A stretch of 64,000 bases of DNA from Candidatus Undinarchaeota archaeon. GTDB lineage: Archaea > SpSt-1190 > JASMDC01. This document shows, in pieces, positions 46,775 through 55,692 of this stretch (its first letter is position 1; every line of letters starts with the position of its first letter). Location: assembly GCA_964519305.1 (NCBI GenBank), contig CAZFHY010000011.1, positions 1 through 64,000 of the forward strand, given 5' to 3'. The position numbers and the translations under genes are program-made. The notes beneath the pieces were generated by a model that was not told where the DNA came from, did not search any database, and saw only the letters and a program-made list of their open reading frames with translations.

Positions 46775-47122
46775 GTGGTGGAGTTCACCGAACCCGAGGA
46801 GGACTATTCGATCTATCTTTACCCGCTGCTAGTGTTCATCGTCATGGGGATGGCGATGATCTACCTCCTGCATAGGAGCCATGAACATGATAATCCGATC
46901 AAAGTAGTGCTCCATACCCTGTCACCCCTTGAGCGGAAGATCGTGACCATGCTCAAGAGTGCTGATGGAGAGCTCCTCCAGTCGACCTTAGCCTCCCGTA
47001 TTGATATCCCTCGCACTTCTCTCCACCGGCATCTTAAGGATCTGGAAGCGAAGAAGGTGCTGGTCATCGAGCGCGTAGGGCGCCAGAACAAGGTCCGCCT
47101 TGCACACTGGTTAGAAGAGTGA
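46775..47122 (+). CDS. Membrane-anchored winged-HTH protein (COG2512-like C-terminal part)
   Basis: TM, then LSPLERKIV..L....GELLQS.L....IPRTSL.R.LK.LE.K..L..ER.GRQNKV.L. Confidence 0.7.
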   Translation: MVEFTEPEEDYSIYLYPLLVFIVMGMAMIYLLHRSHEHDNPIKVVLHTLSPLERKIVTMLKSADGELLQSTLASRIDIPRTSLHRHLKDLEAKKVLVIERVGRQNKVRLAHWLEE

Positions 47123-47123
47123 C

Positions 47124-48017
47124 CTAGATCAGCCTGGCAATAACAGCTGCTAGGAGCGTGAAGCGGGTCATGATGAACCATCGGGGCATGTTGGGGGCCG
47201 CCCCCTTCGCCGCGGCCTCAAGATCATCTTCCTGGTGGAGAGGCCAGGTCTCGGCGACCGTCACCACCGAGGCCAGACCGAACACTCCGAGAAGCACCCG
47301 GGCCAACCAGGTGGTCCCTTGGATCTCAACGGCCCAGATCGAAAGTACTGCACCTGCCGCGACCATGAGGGGCGCGAGCAGGAGGGTGGTGTGCAGACCA
47401 AGTACGTGAGCAGGTGTATTGATGTCCTCCTCAGCGTCCTCTGCATAGTCCTCGCATGTGTTTACCAGGGTGATGCCCTCCATCACGAGCGCGTACCCGA
47501 CAGCGACCACGATGACGGAGGTCGGGAGGTCCGGCCTGATGAGCAACCAGCCAGCAGGGATGGGTAGGAGGTACAGCCCGATCGCCACGGGGACCATCCC
47601 AAGAAGTCCTCTTCGCTTCCACCGGAAGGGTTCTTGAGAGTAGGCCGCCGCTAATATGAGCCCGAACAGGGCAAGCATTGTAGTCGGGACGTGGCCGAGG
47701 TACGCCAGAACGCCCGCAAGCACCAGCGACAAGGCCACCTCGCCGGCCATGATTCGGCGGACCGTATCCCTTCCTATACGCTCCACAGCATCGCTCATAT
47801 AGGTCTTGTACCGTCGGTCCACCTCCACATCGCTATAGGCGTTGAGGTTGCAGGCGAACGTCAGGATCGTGAAGAAGAGGAGCACGTACAACGCCACGGC
47901 CAGAGAGAAGAGCGAGCTGACCATTGGTGCGGCCAACACAACGCCGAGGAGGGCGGTGGGAAGGCTCCCCTTCTGGATATTGAACCGACTTATGGCAGAG
48001 AAATCAGCGAACGTCAA
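47124..48017 (-). CDS. UbiA-family prenyltransferase
   Basis: NAYSDVEVD and NTCEDYAED Asp-rich motifs; about 8-9 TM helices; start TTG 48017 after GGAGGT. Confidence 0.85.
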   Translation of the reverse strand: MTFADFSAISRFNIQKGSLPTALLGVVLAAPMVSSLFSLAVALYVLLFFTILTFACNLNAYSDVEVDRRYKTYMSDAVERIGRDTVRRIMAGEVALSLVLAGVLAYLGHVPTTMLALFGLILAAAYSQEPFRWKRRGLLGMVPVAIGLYLLPIPAGWLLIRPDLPTSVIVVAVGYALVMEGITLVNTCEDYAEDAEEDINTPAHVLGLHTTLLLAPLMVAAGAVLSIWAVEIQGTTWLARVLLGVFGLASVVTVAETWPLHQEDDLEAAAKGAAPNMPRWFIMTRFTLLAAVIARLI

Positions 48018-48104
48018 TGTACCTCCCCCCACTTTCAGATCACCCTATTCCCATATCCTTGGGGGGAGCTCTTCGACCTGACACGCGAGCGCTTCCGTCC
48101 ATCG

Positions 48105-49925
48105 TTATTCTCCTGTGAGGCGGTCAAGCACGAAGCGCATCTCAGCTCTGGCAAGGATGGTCTGTATCCCCGATGCATCGTTCCGGGTCAGGCAGAGGGC
48201 AGTGAACCCGCACGACACCAGGAACTGTAACAGGTCAGGATCGTGACTGTCCCACAACAGTGTGCAGGGAATATCTGTCGCCCGACATGACCTGGCCACT
48301 GACGCCAGAGCGTTGCGAATAGCGCCGTTCGTCTCCAACGCCTCGCGCCCATAACCGGGCGCCAGGTCCGGGAATAGCGACTCGCCATCGATTAGAACAC
48401 CATCCACCCCGGCGGCGCATGCGTCCTCGGCAAGCCAGAGGGAGAGCGGTGAGGCGAACTGGACCCATACTGCTACCTCCACACCTGCATTGTCGAGAGC
48501 GTCCAAGGCAGCTTCGAGCCCTTCCATGGAGGATATTCCCTGGAGCACAGCGGTCACTCCCTTTGCATTGGTAAGGGCCGTCAGCACGCGTCTAGTCGCC
48601 GTCGCCAGGGCGGCCGGATCATGTGCGTCCACGCCGACCAGCACATCGCGGCCTGCCGCTCCGTCCAAGATCAGCGTTTCCAGTGCTTCGGTCGCGCGCA
48701 CGAGCACAGCGTCCGACCACGTAGCGGGAGTACTCCCTGCCCCAAGGAGCTGTATCAGGAGCGTGCCCGTAGGGGCCATCCCGCCTTCCGGGAGGGCGGC
48801 CGGGGCGGGTGTCGGTGCGACGATCGGCGTGCCCATATCCAGCGTTGGTGCTGATGCGGGCGCCTCGGCGAGGAGATCCAGGGAGGCGAGCCCTGCGAAC
48901 CCTGTTTCGGCCGCGGGTGCAGCCATGGCCTGCAACTCAACGGGAGCAGTCGAGTCAGGAATGCGCTTGACCCCGGTTACTGCGACACGCCCACGATAGG
49001 CAGCCCAGCCCAGTACCAGGGGTCCGTCGAGCACTGTCTCCAGCCGTCGTGCCAATCCCGCCACCTCCGTCACGAGAGGGTCGGGTAGTTTCTGGGCCTT
49101 GGCCTTGGCGGCACCGAGCGCTACTCGGCCCGAGCGCTCCAGTCGTTCGCAGATATCGTCGCGCACGAGCTTATGGCTCTGGCGCCCCACGGTCCGAGAT
49201 ACTATGTCCATCGAAGCGCGGTCGATCCTGTACAGGTCACCCACCACGTCGCCCCCGTTCAGTATAGGGGTCAGTCCTGCGACTGCTTCGATCTCAAGCA
49301 TTCCCTGATCGTCATTGGCCTGGGAACGTGCCACGCCTGAGACATCGGGCGCGACCATTTTCTGAACGATGACGGCGACATCAAGAGCGGGCTTTGTGGC
49401 CTGTACGGGGATGAGAGTTGGTTCGAACCGTGTTGCCCAGCATCGCTTGACCGCCTCGATAAGGTCGTTCTCGCCCTTGACATTGAGGAGCGCGGACCCT
49501 TCGTCCTCATCAGGGAGGGAGGAGCGGACCGCTACGAAGGAGAGGTTACGGTTCATGACAAGGCCTTTGGTCGACTTGGGGATTTTACTCAGCTCTTTAC
49601 CGTAGCTCATGTGCTCGTACGCCTGCCTGATGGGGGTCACCAGTTCACGTGGCATGTCCGCTTTTGCTATCTCGGCTATGATGCGCCGAGAGGTGTCCTC
49701 CATGGACGCCTGGTCCGTTGTGTCCACCTTGGACAGGAGCGCAGCGATCCGCTTTCCAATGCCGTTATGGGCGAGGAATGTGTGGAACATCCCTGTCGGG
49801 AGCACGAATCCGGGTGGAACGTCAATCCCCTCCCGTAGAATACGATCGAGGGTTCGGGCCTTGCGCCCTACCATGGTCGTCGTCTGTCCCCCGAGTTCAC
49901 CGAGCATCACTACGCTGTCCGTCAT
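48105..49925 (-). CDS. Degenerate PEP synthase-like protein lacking the phosphohistidine domain
   Basis: VGRKA, VPPGF, VAVRSS, LNVKG...A.KRCW, VIVQKMV in the ATP-grasp part; no GGxTSH motif; eroded C-terminal barrel. Confidence 0.75.
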   Translation of the reverse strand: MTDSVVMLGELGGQTTTMVGRKARTLDRILREGIDVPPGFVLPTGMFHTFLAHNGIGKRIAALLSKVDTTDQASMEDTSRRIIAEIAKADMPRELVTPIRQAYEHMSYGKELSKIPKSTKGLVMNRNLSFVAVRSSLPDEDEGSALLNVKGENDLIEAVKRCWATRFEPTLIPVQATKPALDVAVIVQKMVAPDVSGVARSQANDDQGMLEIEAVAGLTPILNGGDVVGDLYRIDRASMDIVSRTVGRQSHKLVRDDICERLERSGRVALGAAKAKAQKLPDPLVTEVAGLARRLETVLDGPLVLGWAAYRGRVAVTGVKRIPDSTAPVELQAMAAPAAETGFAGLASLDLLAEAPASAPTLDMGTPIVAPTPAPAALPEGGMAPTGTLLIQLLGAGSTPATWSDAVLVRATEALETLILDGAAGRDVLVGVDAHDPAALATATRRVLTALTNAKGVTAVLQGISSMEGLEAALDALDNAGVEVAVWVQFASPLSLWLAEDACAAGVDGVLIDGESLFPDLAPGYGREALETNGAIRNALASVARSCRATDIPCTLLWDSHDPDLLQFLVSCGFTALCLTRNDASGIQTILARAEMRFVLDRLTGE

Positions 49926-50018
49926 GGTACAAACCGATAGGACGGAGGGGGTTCAGTAATAAAAACCCTAGCCGCTCCCGGTAGGTTTTTGAATATGTAC
50001 CCCCGACCTCACGGGATC

Positions 50019-51608
50019 ATGACTTCGCCCGTACCAACACCTCTGGGTGACGCTGTTCAGGCAGCCTACCGCCGGGGTGAGGACGACGAGGCCATGGAAC
50101 CGCTCGTACTTGTGGACGGCGCCGATCAACCTATCGGCCGTATCAAGGACGGCGACCATGTAATCTTCTACGACATCCGCGGCGAGCGGGAGGTGGAACT
50201 GACCCTGGCTTTCGTGGACCCGCGGTTCACCCACTTCTCCATCGAACCCATGACCGTGCCGTTCACGACCATGATCGAGTACCGCAGCGACCTCCCCGTG
50301 TCCGTTGCCTTCCCGCCCCCAGGACGTCTGGACGATACGTTGGCCCACGTGGTCAGCCGGGCCGGCCTGCGCCAGGCGCGGATCGCCGAGTCGGAGAAGG
50401 CCATCCATATCACATACTTCTTCTCAGGTAAGTGCGAGAAGCCGCTTCCAGGAGAGGAGCGCGAGGAAGTGCCATCGCCACGGGACGTGCCCTTCGACAC
50501 CGTCCCACAGATGAACGCCGAGGGTGTCGCGGACGCAGTTATCCGCAGGCTCAAAGAACCGGAGCTTGCCTTCATCACAGCCAACCTCGCCAACGTGGAC
50601 GTCGTGGGCCATCTCGAGAACCGCGAGGCCATCGGGACGGCCGTTGCGGCCGTGGATGCGGCGGCAGGGCGAATCATCAAATCCGCACGAGCTGCCGGCG
50701 TGACAACGCTCGTGACGGCCGACCATGGGACTGTGGAGAGTTGGCTCTACCCGGACGGTTCGATCGATACCGGTCACACGAAAAGTCAGGTTCCCTTCGT
50801 GCTCGTCCCCCCCGAGGGTGCACCCGCGGGGATCGCTCTTCGGGATAGTGGTGAGCTTGCTGACGTAGCGCCTACGGCCGCAGCCCTCCTGGACCTGGAG
50901 ACCCCCCCCTCCTGGACGGGGCGTCCGTTACTTGCGGATACGACCGCGCTCTCGCCCGGACGTGTGCTTATCCTCATCCTCGACGGATGGGGGGAGGGTG
51001 ACGGCGGGGACGGCGACCTGATCGCTTCAGCGAGCACGCCGGTCATGGACCGGCTCCGCTCGGTCTATCCTAGCACCACCCTGCGCGCCGCAGGCGAATC
51101 TGTGGGGATGCCATCAAAGGCTGTTGGCAACTCGGAGGTAGGTCATCTTCACCTGGGTGCTGGACGCCGGATCCCGTCGGACCGTGTCCGCATCGATACA
51201 GCGCTTGCTGATGGGAGCTTCCTTGAGAACCCGGCCTTCCTGAACGCTGTACGCGCCTCACGTGATGCCGGTACGGCACTTCATCTATTGGGTATCATAT
51301 CGTTTTACTCCTCTCACGGCTCCGTGCGCCATCTAGAAGCGCTGCTGGAGCTGGCTGCCCGCGAGCGTCATCCCGAGGTGTACGTCCACGGGATGCTGGG
51401 CCGGCGCGGTGAGCGCCCCGAAGCGGGCGCAGGTTACGTGCGCGACGTCGAACAGGAGTGTGCCCGTCTCGGCGTCGGACGGGTCACGACCATGATAGGA
51501 CGCTTCTGGTCCCTGGACAGGGAGGAGAACTGGGACCGTATCGAGAAGACCTATGACGCGCTCGTCCGCGGCGTGGCACGACACGTACCGGACGATTCCA
51601 AGGAGTGA
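50019..51608 (+). CDS. gpmI: 2,3-bisphosphoglycerate-independent phosphoglycerate mutase, circularly permuted
   Basis: All GpmI motifs are present in swapped order: ESEK, NVDVVGH, TADHG and TGHT precede ILDGWG, GNSEVGH and GRFWSLDRE. Start ATG 50019, with TTTTTGAATA upstream. Confidence 0.88.
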   Translation: MTSPVPTPLGDAVQAAYRRGEDDEAMEPLVLVDGADQPIGRIKDGDHVIFYDIRGEREVELTLAFVDPRFTHFSIEPMTVPFTTMIEYRSDLPVSVAFPPPGRLDDTLAHVVSRAGLRQARIAESEKAIHITYFFSGKCEKPLPGEEREEVPSPRDVPFDTVPQMNAEGVADAVIRRLKEPELAFITANLANVDVVGHLENREAIGTAVAAVDAAAGRIIKSARAAGVTTLVTADHGTVESWLYPDGSIDTGHTKSQVPFVLVPPEGAPAGIALRDSGELADVAPTAAALLDLETPPSWTGRPLLADTTALSPGRVLILILDGWGEGDGGDGDLIASASTPVMDRLRSVYPSTTLRAAGESVGMPSKAVGNSEVGHLHLGAGRRIPSDRVRIDTALADGSFLENPAFLNAVRASRDAGTALHLLGIISFYSSHGSVRHLEALLELAARERHPEVYVHGMLGRRGERPEAGAGYVRDVEQECARLGVGRVTTMIGRFWSLDREENWDRIEKTYDALVRGVARHVPDDSKE

Positions 51609-52633
51609 GCATCATGACAGAACAGGACCCACGTATCGCACAGGACCTTGTACGAACGGAGGCCTTCCCCGAGAAGACCGGCCCCGCAACGTTGGTACAG
51701 ACCCATATTTCCTTCGTGTTCATCGCCGACGAGCATGTGTACAAGGTGAAGAAGGCCGTTGACTTCGGTTTCCTCGACTTCTCCTCCCTTGAGAAGCGAA
51801 AGCGCTTCTGCGACGCTGAGGTTTCACTCAATCGACGACTGTCGCCCCACGTATACCTAGAGGTCGTACCGGTGACCGAGAGCGATGGTCGTCTGGTGTT
51901 CGGCGGAAACGGTGAACCCGTGGAGTGGGCCGTTCGGATGCGCCGGATCCCTATGGACAGGCAGATGCTCAAATTGATCGAGACCGGTGGCATTGTCGAG
52001 CCGGATGTACGTCGTGTGGCCGAGACGATCGCCCGGTTCCACCGTGAAGAACCGGTCAAACCCGAACTGGCCAAGTACGGCTCCCTCGAGACGGTGAAAT
52101 TCAACACCGACGAGAACTTCGAGCAGACGGTCGGTTACATAGACCGCACGATCACCCGTGAACAATATGATACACTGAAGGCCTACACGGATGCCTTCTA
52201 TCGTGAGCAGGTCAATCTATTGGCCCGACGTGTATCCGGGGGTTTCGTCAAGGACTGCCATGGCGACCTTCATCTGGAGCATATAATCCTCACTGATCCG
52301 GTGACGGTGTTCGACTGCATCGAGTTCAACGAGCGGTTCCGCTACTCCGACACCGCCGCTGATATCGCCTTCCTTGCCATGGAACTGGACTTCCGTGACC
52401 ACCCGGAGCTCACTAAAGTGCTCATGGAGGCCTATGTGACCGCCTCGGGCGATCCTGAGGTGATGGACATGCTCACCTTCTACAAGGTATATCGGGCCTA
52501 TGTGCGGGGCAAGGTGATCTCGTTCAGGCTGGACGATCCCAACATACCCGAGGACGAGAAGCAGAAGGCCATCGAGAGCGCCTCGAAGTACTTCGGACTG
52601 GCCCACTCATATGTCGCGGAGGTACCTGAGTGA
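51605..52633 (+). CDS. Aminoglycoside-phosphotransferase-like kinase (COG2187 N-domain)
   Basis: QTHIS.VF, YKVKK.VDFGFLDF, EV.LNRRL, CHGDLH, FDCIEFN, YRAYVRGKV. Confidence 0.88.
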   Translation: MSIMTEQDPRIAQDLVRTEAFPEKTGPATLVQTHISFVFIADEHVYKVKKAVDFGFLDFSSLEKRKRFCDAEVSLNRRLSPHVYLEVVPVTESDGRLVFGGNGEPVEWAVRMRRIPMDRQMLKLIETGGIVEPDVRRVAETIARFHREEPVKPELAKYGSLETVKFNTDENFEQTVGYIDRTITREQYDTLKAYTDAFYREQVNLLARRVSGGFVKDCHGDLHLEHIILTDPVTVFDCIEFNERFRYSDTAADIAFLAMELDFRDHPELTKVLMEAYVTASGDPEVMDMLTFYKVYRAYVRGKVISFRLDDPNIPEDEKQKAIESASKYFGLAHSYVAEVPE

Positions 52634-53196
52634 AAGCGCTCGTGATTACCTGCGGGCTCATGGGCTCTGGAAAGAGCAGAGTCGCTAGCGCCCTCGGCGA
52701 GGTGCTCGCAACCGATGTGGTCTCTTCAGATATCGTACGCAAGGAGCTCACCAACGTGGACCTGGATGAGCATCGGTACGTTTCGTTCGATAAGGGAATC
52801 TACTCTGGGGATACGACGCGTCTGGTCTACGAGCATATGTGCGAACGGGCGATCACCTGGCTTAAATCCGGTCAACCCATCGTGCTGGACGCTTGTTTCG
52901 GGAAACGCTGGCAACGCGATCTTGCTCGCAACGCTGCTCTTCAGGTTGGCGCCCCGTTCCTCTGCGTTGAGGTAACTTGTCCCATCAGCGAACTGAAGCG
53001 GCGACTTGCCTCGAGAGAGGCGGACGGAACGGATGTGTCCGATGGGCGGTTGGAGATATTTGAGGAGCACAGGCGAAAGTTCGAGGCCATTGAGGAGTTA
53101 GCGGCTCCCGAGCATATGGTCGTGGACGGTCAGGCCCCTCCGGAAGAGAACGCCCAGTCGGTCCTTGCTGACCTGAAGAAACGCACCTCCAAGTAA
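52630..53196 (+). CDS. AAA_33 P-loop kinase (COG0645)
   Basis: GLMGSGKS, SSDIVRKEL, IY, VLDACF, SDG. Confidence 0.88.
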   Translation: MKALVITCGLMGSGKSRVASALGEVLATDVVSSDIVRKELTNVDLDEHRYVSFDKGIYSGDTTRLVYEHMCERAITWLKSGQPIVLDACFGKRWQRDLARNAALQVGAPFLCVEVTCPISELKRRLASREADGTDVSDGRLEIFEEHRRKFEAIEELAAPEHMVVDGQAPPEENAQSVLADLKKRTSK

Positions 53197-53238
53197 GGGC
53201 CTGGACATGGGGGCAGGGAATGATCCTACCCCGTTTCA

Positions 53239-53311
53239 TGGACTGGACGGGATTTGAACCCGTGGCCTCCGCCTTGCGAAGGCGGCGCTCTACCAGCTGA
53301 GCTACCAGCCC
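53239..53311 (-). tRNA. tRNA-Ala (anticodon CGC)
   Basis: GGGCTGGTAGCTCAGCTGGTAGAGCGCCGCCTTCGCAAGGCGGAGGCCACGGGTTCAAATCCCGTCCAGTCCA; G3:U70 alanine identity pair; no encoded CCA. Confidence 0.96.
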
Positions 53312-53431
53312 ACCGTGGCGTGTCGGCGCTATAGACTTATATTGCTTATCTACAGGCGGGCGCCGACGCGAACACAGGGAGAAGAAAAGGGAAAGGGTCT
53401 TAAGCAGGTGGTGTCAGTTCATGTCTGTACC

Positions 53432-55681
53432 ATGGCGCAAACCGCCCGTACCGTTGTACGTATCACCGGCATGCTGCTGCTCTTGGCGCTCATGGCCCAA
53501 CCCGTCATGGGGGTCACTATCGACAACCCTCGAGAGAAGGGCTACGCCCGCCTCAAGTTCACATACAGTGCTGCCATGGAGGCCACTCCCAAGAGCACTG
53601 ATGCCCGGTTGAGCGAACTGACCGTCCTCGTCTTCCGAGTTCCACAGGAGGACGCAAGGCAGCGCATCGTCTCACTTGACGTTGATTCTCCGGGCAAGCT
53701 CGATACTGATGCGCTCGGGAATCGCTATGCAACGTTCACCTGGAAGGAAGTGGCGCCGGAGGGTACCTACCCCCTCAAGATAACCACTGAGGTCGAGGTG
53801 CGTGCGAGGCAGGTCCCGGTCCGTGATCCACCACCTTTCCCGCTTCCTCCTGACGATGTGACGGGTCATCGAAATTTCCTCACTCCCGGTCAGTTCACGA
53901 CCTATGACAAGGAGATGGCTGCCATCGCTTTCGAGGTCACTCGCGATGCGACCGACGCTATGGATGCGGCCATGCTCCTTGCAGCATGGGTGCACGATCA
54001 CGTGACATACGATCCCGTCTGCGGTGACACGATCCGCGGCGCAGCTTGGACGTTCGAGAACAAGCGCGGTACGTGCGACGAGATAACCCACCTGTACATG
54101 TCGCTGTGCAGGGCGGTCGGGCTTCCCGTCAGGTACGTTTCCGGTTACGCGTTCGGCACATTCGAGGAATCGGATGATTGGGGCCCGCACGCCTGGGCCG
54201 AGGTGTTCCTCCCCGGTACGGGCTGGGTGCCCATGGACCCGACCTATAATGAGATCGGCTGGCTCGATCCCACACATCTCAAGATCTCCGTGTCCACTGA
54301 TGGCAATACGACGTCAGAGCGTCACACGGTACGTTACGTTGACGTGGAGCTCATTAAGAGCCCTCCGACGATATCCGTCGATGTGCTAGATACAGCCGAT
54401 GCGACCCCACCAATGACCCTTTCCCTCGACGCACCGGATGAACTGGGCGCCAACGATCCCGTGCTCATCCGTGCTCGTGTCAAGAACCTGCGCGATACCG
54501 TGCTAGTCACTAACCTCAAGCTTGGCTACCGTACCGAGAAGGGCGAGTTCAATCTCATCTGGGGACGAGAAGAGCAATCGCTCAGACTGGAGCCTCGTGA
54601 GGAGGCCGAACTCCACTGGATGCTCCAGGCCCCAGACCTGACCCTTGAGTGCACCACTGATGGGACAGGCCGCAGGTTCTGCACCTACTACCAGTACGAT
54701 TTCGCAGTGCACTCCGACGTGACCGCTAACGTGAGCGTGCGGTTCGTTTCCAATCATGAGCGGACCGCCGGGCTCAGGGTGGACCTCCCCAAGGACCGCT
54801 ATGGTGTGGGGGAGGAGGTGCGCGCAGCGTTGAGCGTGGACGAGCCTACGGCAGTGTACGTCATCACCGACGTTACCCAGCTCGATACATCACAGTACGA
54901 CGTGGACGGAGCGAGCGCACTGACCTTCCCGGCGGACCGCTCCGGGACGCTCCTCATCTACGCTGTGGACGGGACGCTGGTCAACCATACGATCCATGTT
55001 TCCCTGGACGGTGCAATTTCAGCTGACTCAGTATCGTTCCCCGAGCACGTGACGAAGGGCGATACCATCCCGGTATCGATAATCTTGAGAAACACTGGGA
55101 GCCGGGATGCATCCCGGTTCGCCGTCCGTGTGAGCAGCCAGAACCTCGTGCTCGCAGAGCGCGTGGTCGATGCCTTGTCTGCGGGAGCATCGACCGATAT
55201 AATGCTGGATGTGCCCTCTACGACGCTCGGGGTGGGCGAGCATGTCCTCACCCTGGAGGTAGGTGGTGAGAATCCCACTCAGTACTTCGGGCATGTACGC
55301 ATAGAGGGCGCTCCTGCGTTGGTGATGTCGGCAAAGTTACCGGCCCGGATGGTCGCAGGTCGGCGCTACCGCAGTGTTCTGACCTTGGCGAACACCGGCA
55401 CAGCTCCCGCAACAGGGATTACATTTAATGTCGTTCTACCGCCCGGGCTAGCCTTCTCTGGATTCCCGTACCCGCCCACCCTGAACGAGGGCGAGGTCCA
55501 CACAAGGGCAGTTGAGATCGTGCCCGGCTACGATATGCCCGCGGGGAACCACACGCTTGCCATGGAGCTCGTCCACGGAGGATTGACGACGCGACGTGAT
55601 TTCAGTTTCGAAGTCGAGAACGGCCTGAGACTCCAGTTCCTAGCACTACTGGAATCGATCTACAAGCTCATTGTAGGCTGA
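53432..55681 (+). CDS. Secreted transglutaminase-like protein with CARDB/Ig-like domains
   Basis: Signal peptide from ATG 53432; Cys-His-Asp triad GTCDE, HAWAEV, MDPT; L.NTG beta domains. Confidence 0.88.
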   Translation: MAQTARTVVRITGMLLLLALMAQPVMGVTIDNPREKGYARLKFTYSAAMEATPKSTDARLSELTVLVFRVPQEDARQRIVSLDVDSPGKLDTDALGNRYATFTWKEVAPEGTYPLKITTEVEVRARQVPVRDPPPFPLPPDDVTGHRNFLTPGQFTTYDKEMAAIAFEVTRDATDAMDAAMLLAAWVHDHVTYDPVCGDTIRGAAWTFENKRGTCDEITHLYMSLCRAVGLPVRYVSGYAFGTFEESDDWGPHAWAEVFLPGTGWVPMDPTYNEIGWLDPTHLKISVSTDGNTTSERHTVRYVDVELIKSPPTISVDVLDTADATPPMTLSLDAPDELGANDPVLIRARVKNLRDTVLVTNLKLGYRTEKGEFNLIWGREEQSLRLEPREEAELHWMLQAPDLTLECTTDGTGRRFCTYYQYDFAVHSDVTANVSVRFVSNHERTAGLRVDLPKDRYGVGEEVRAALSVDEPTAVYVITDVTQLDTSQYDVDGASALTFPADRSGTLLIYAVDGTLVNHTIHVSLDGAISADSVSFPEHVTKGDTIPVSIILRNTGSRDASRFAVRVSSQNLVLAERVVDALSAGASTDIMLDVPSTTLGVGEHVLTLEVGGENPTQYFGHVRIEGAPALVMSAKLPARMVAGRRYRSVLTLANTGTAPATGITFNVVLPPGLAFSGFPYPPTLNEGEVHTRAVEIVPGYDMPAGNHTLAMELVHGGLTTRRDFSFEVENGLRLQFLALLESIYKLIVG

Positions 55682-55692
55682 CGTGCGGGACG

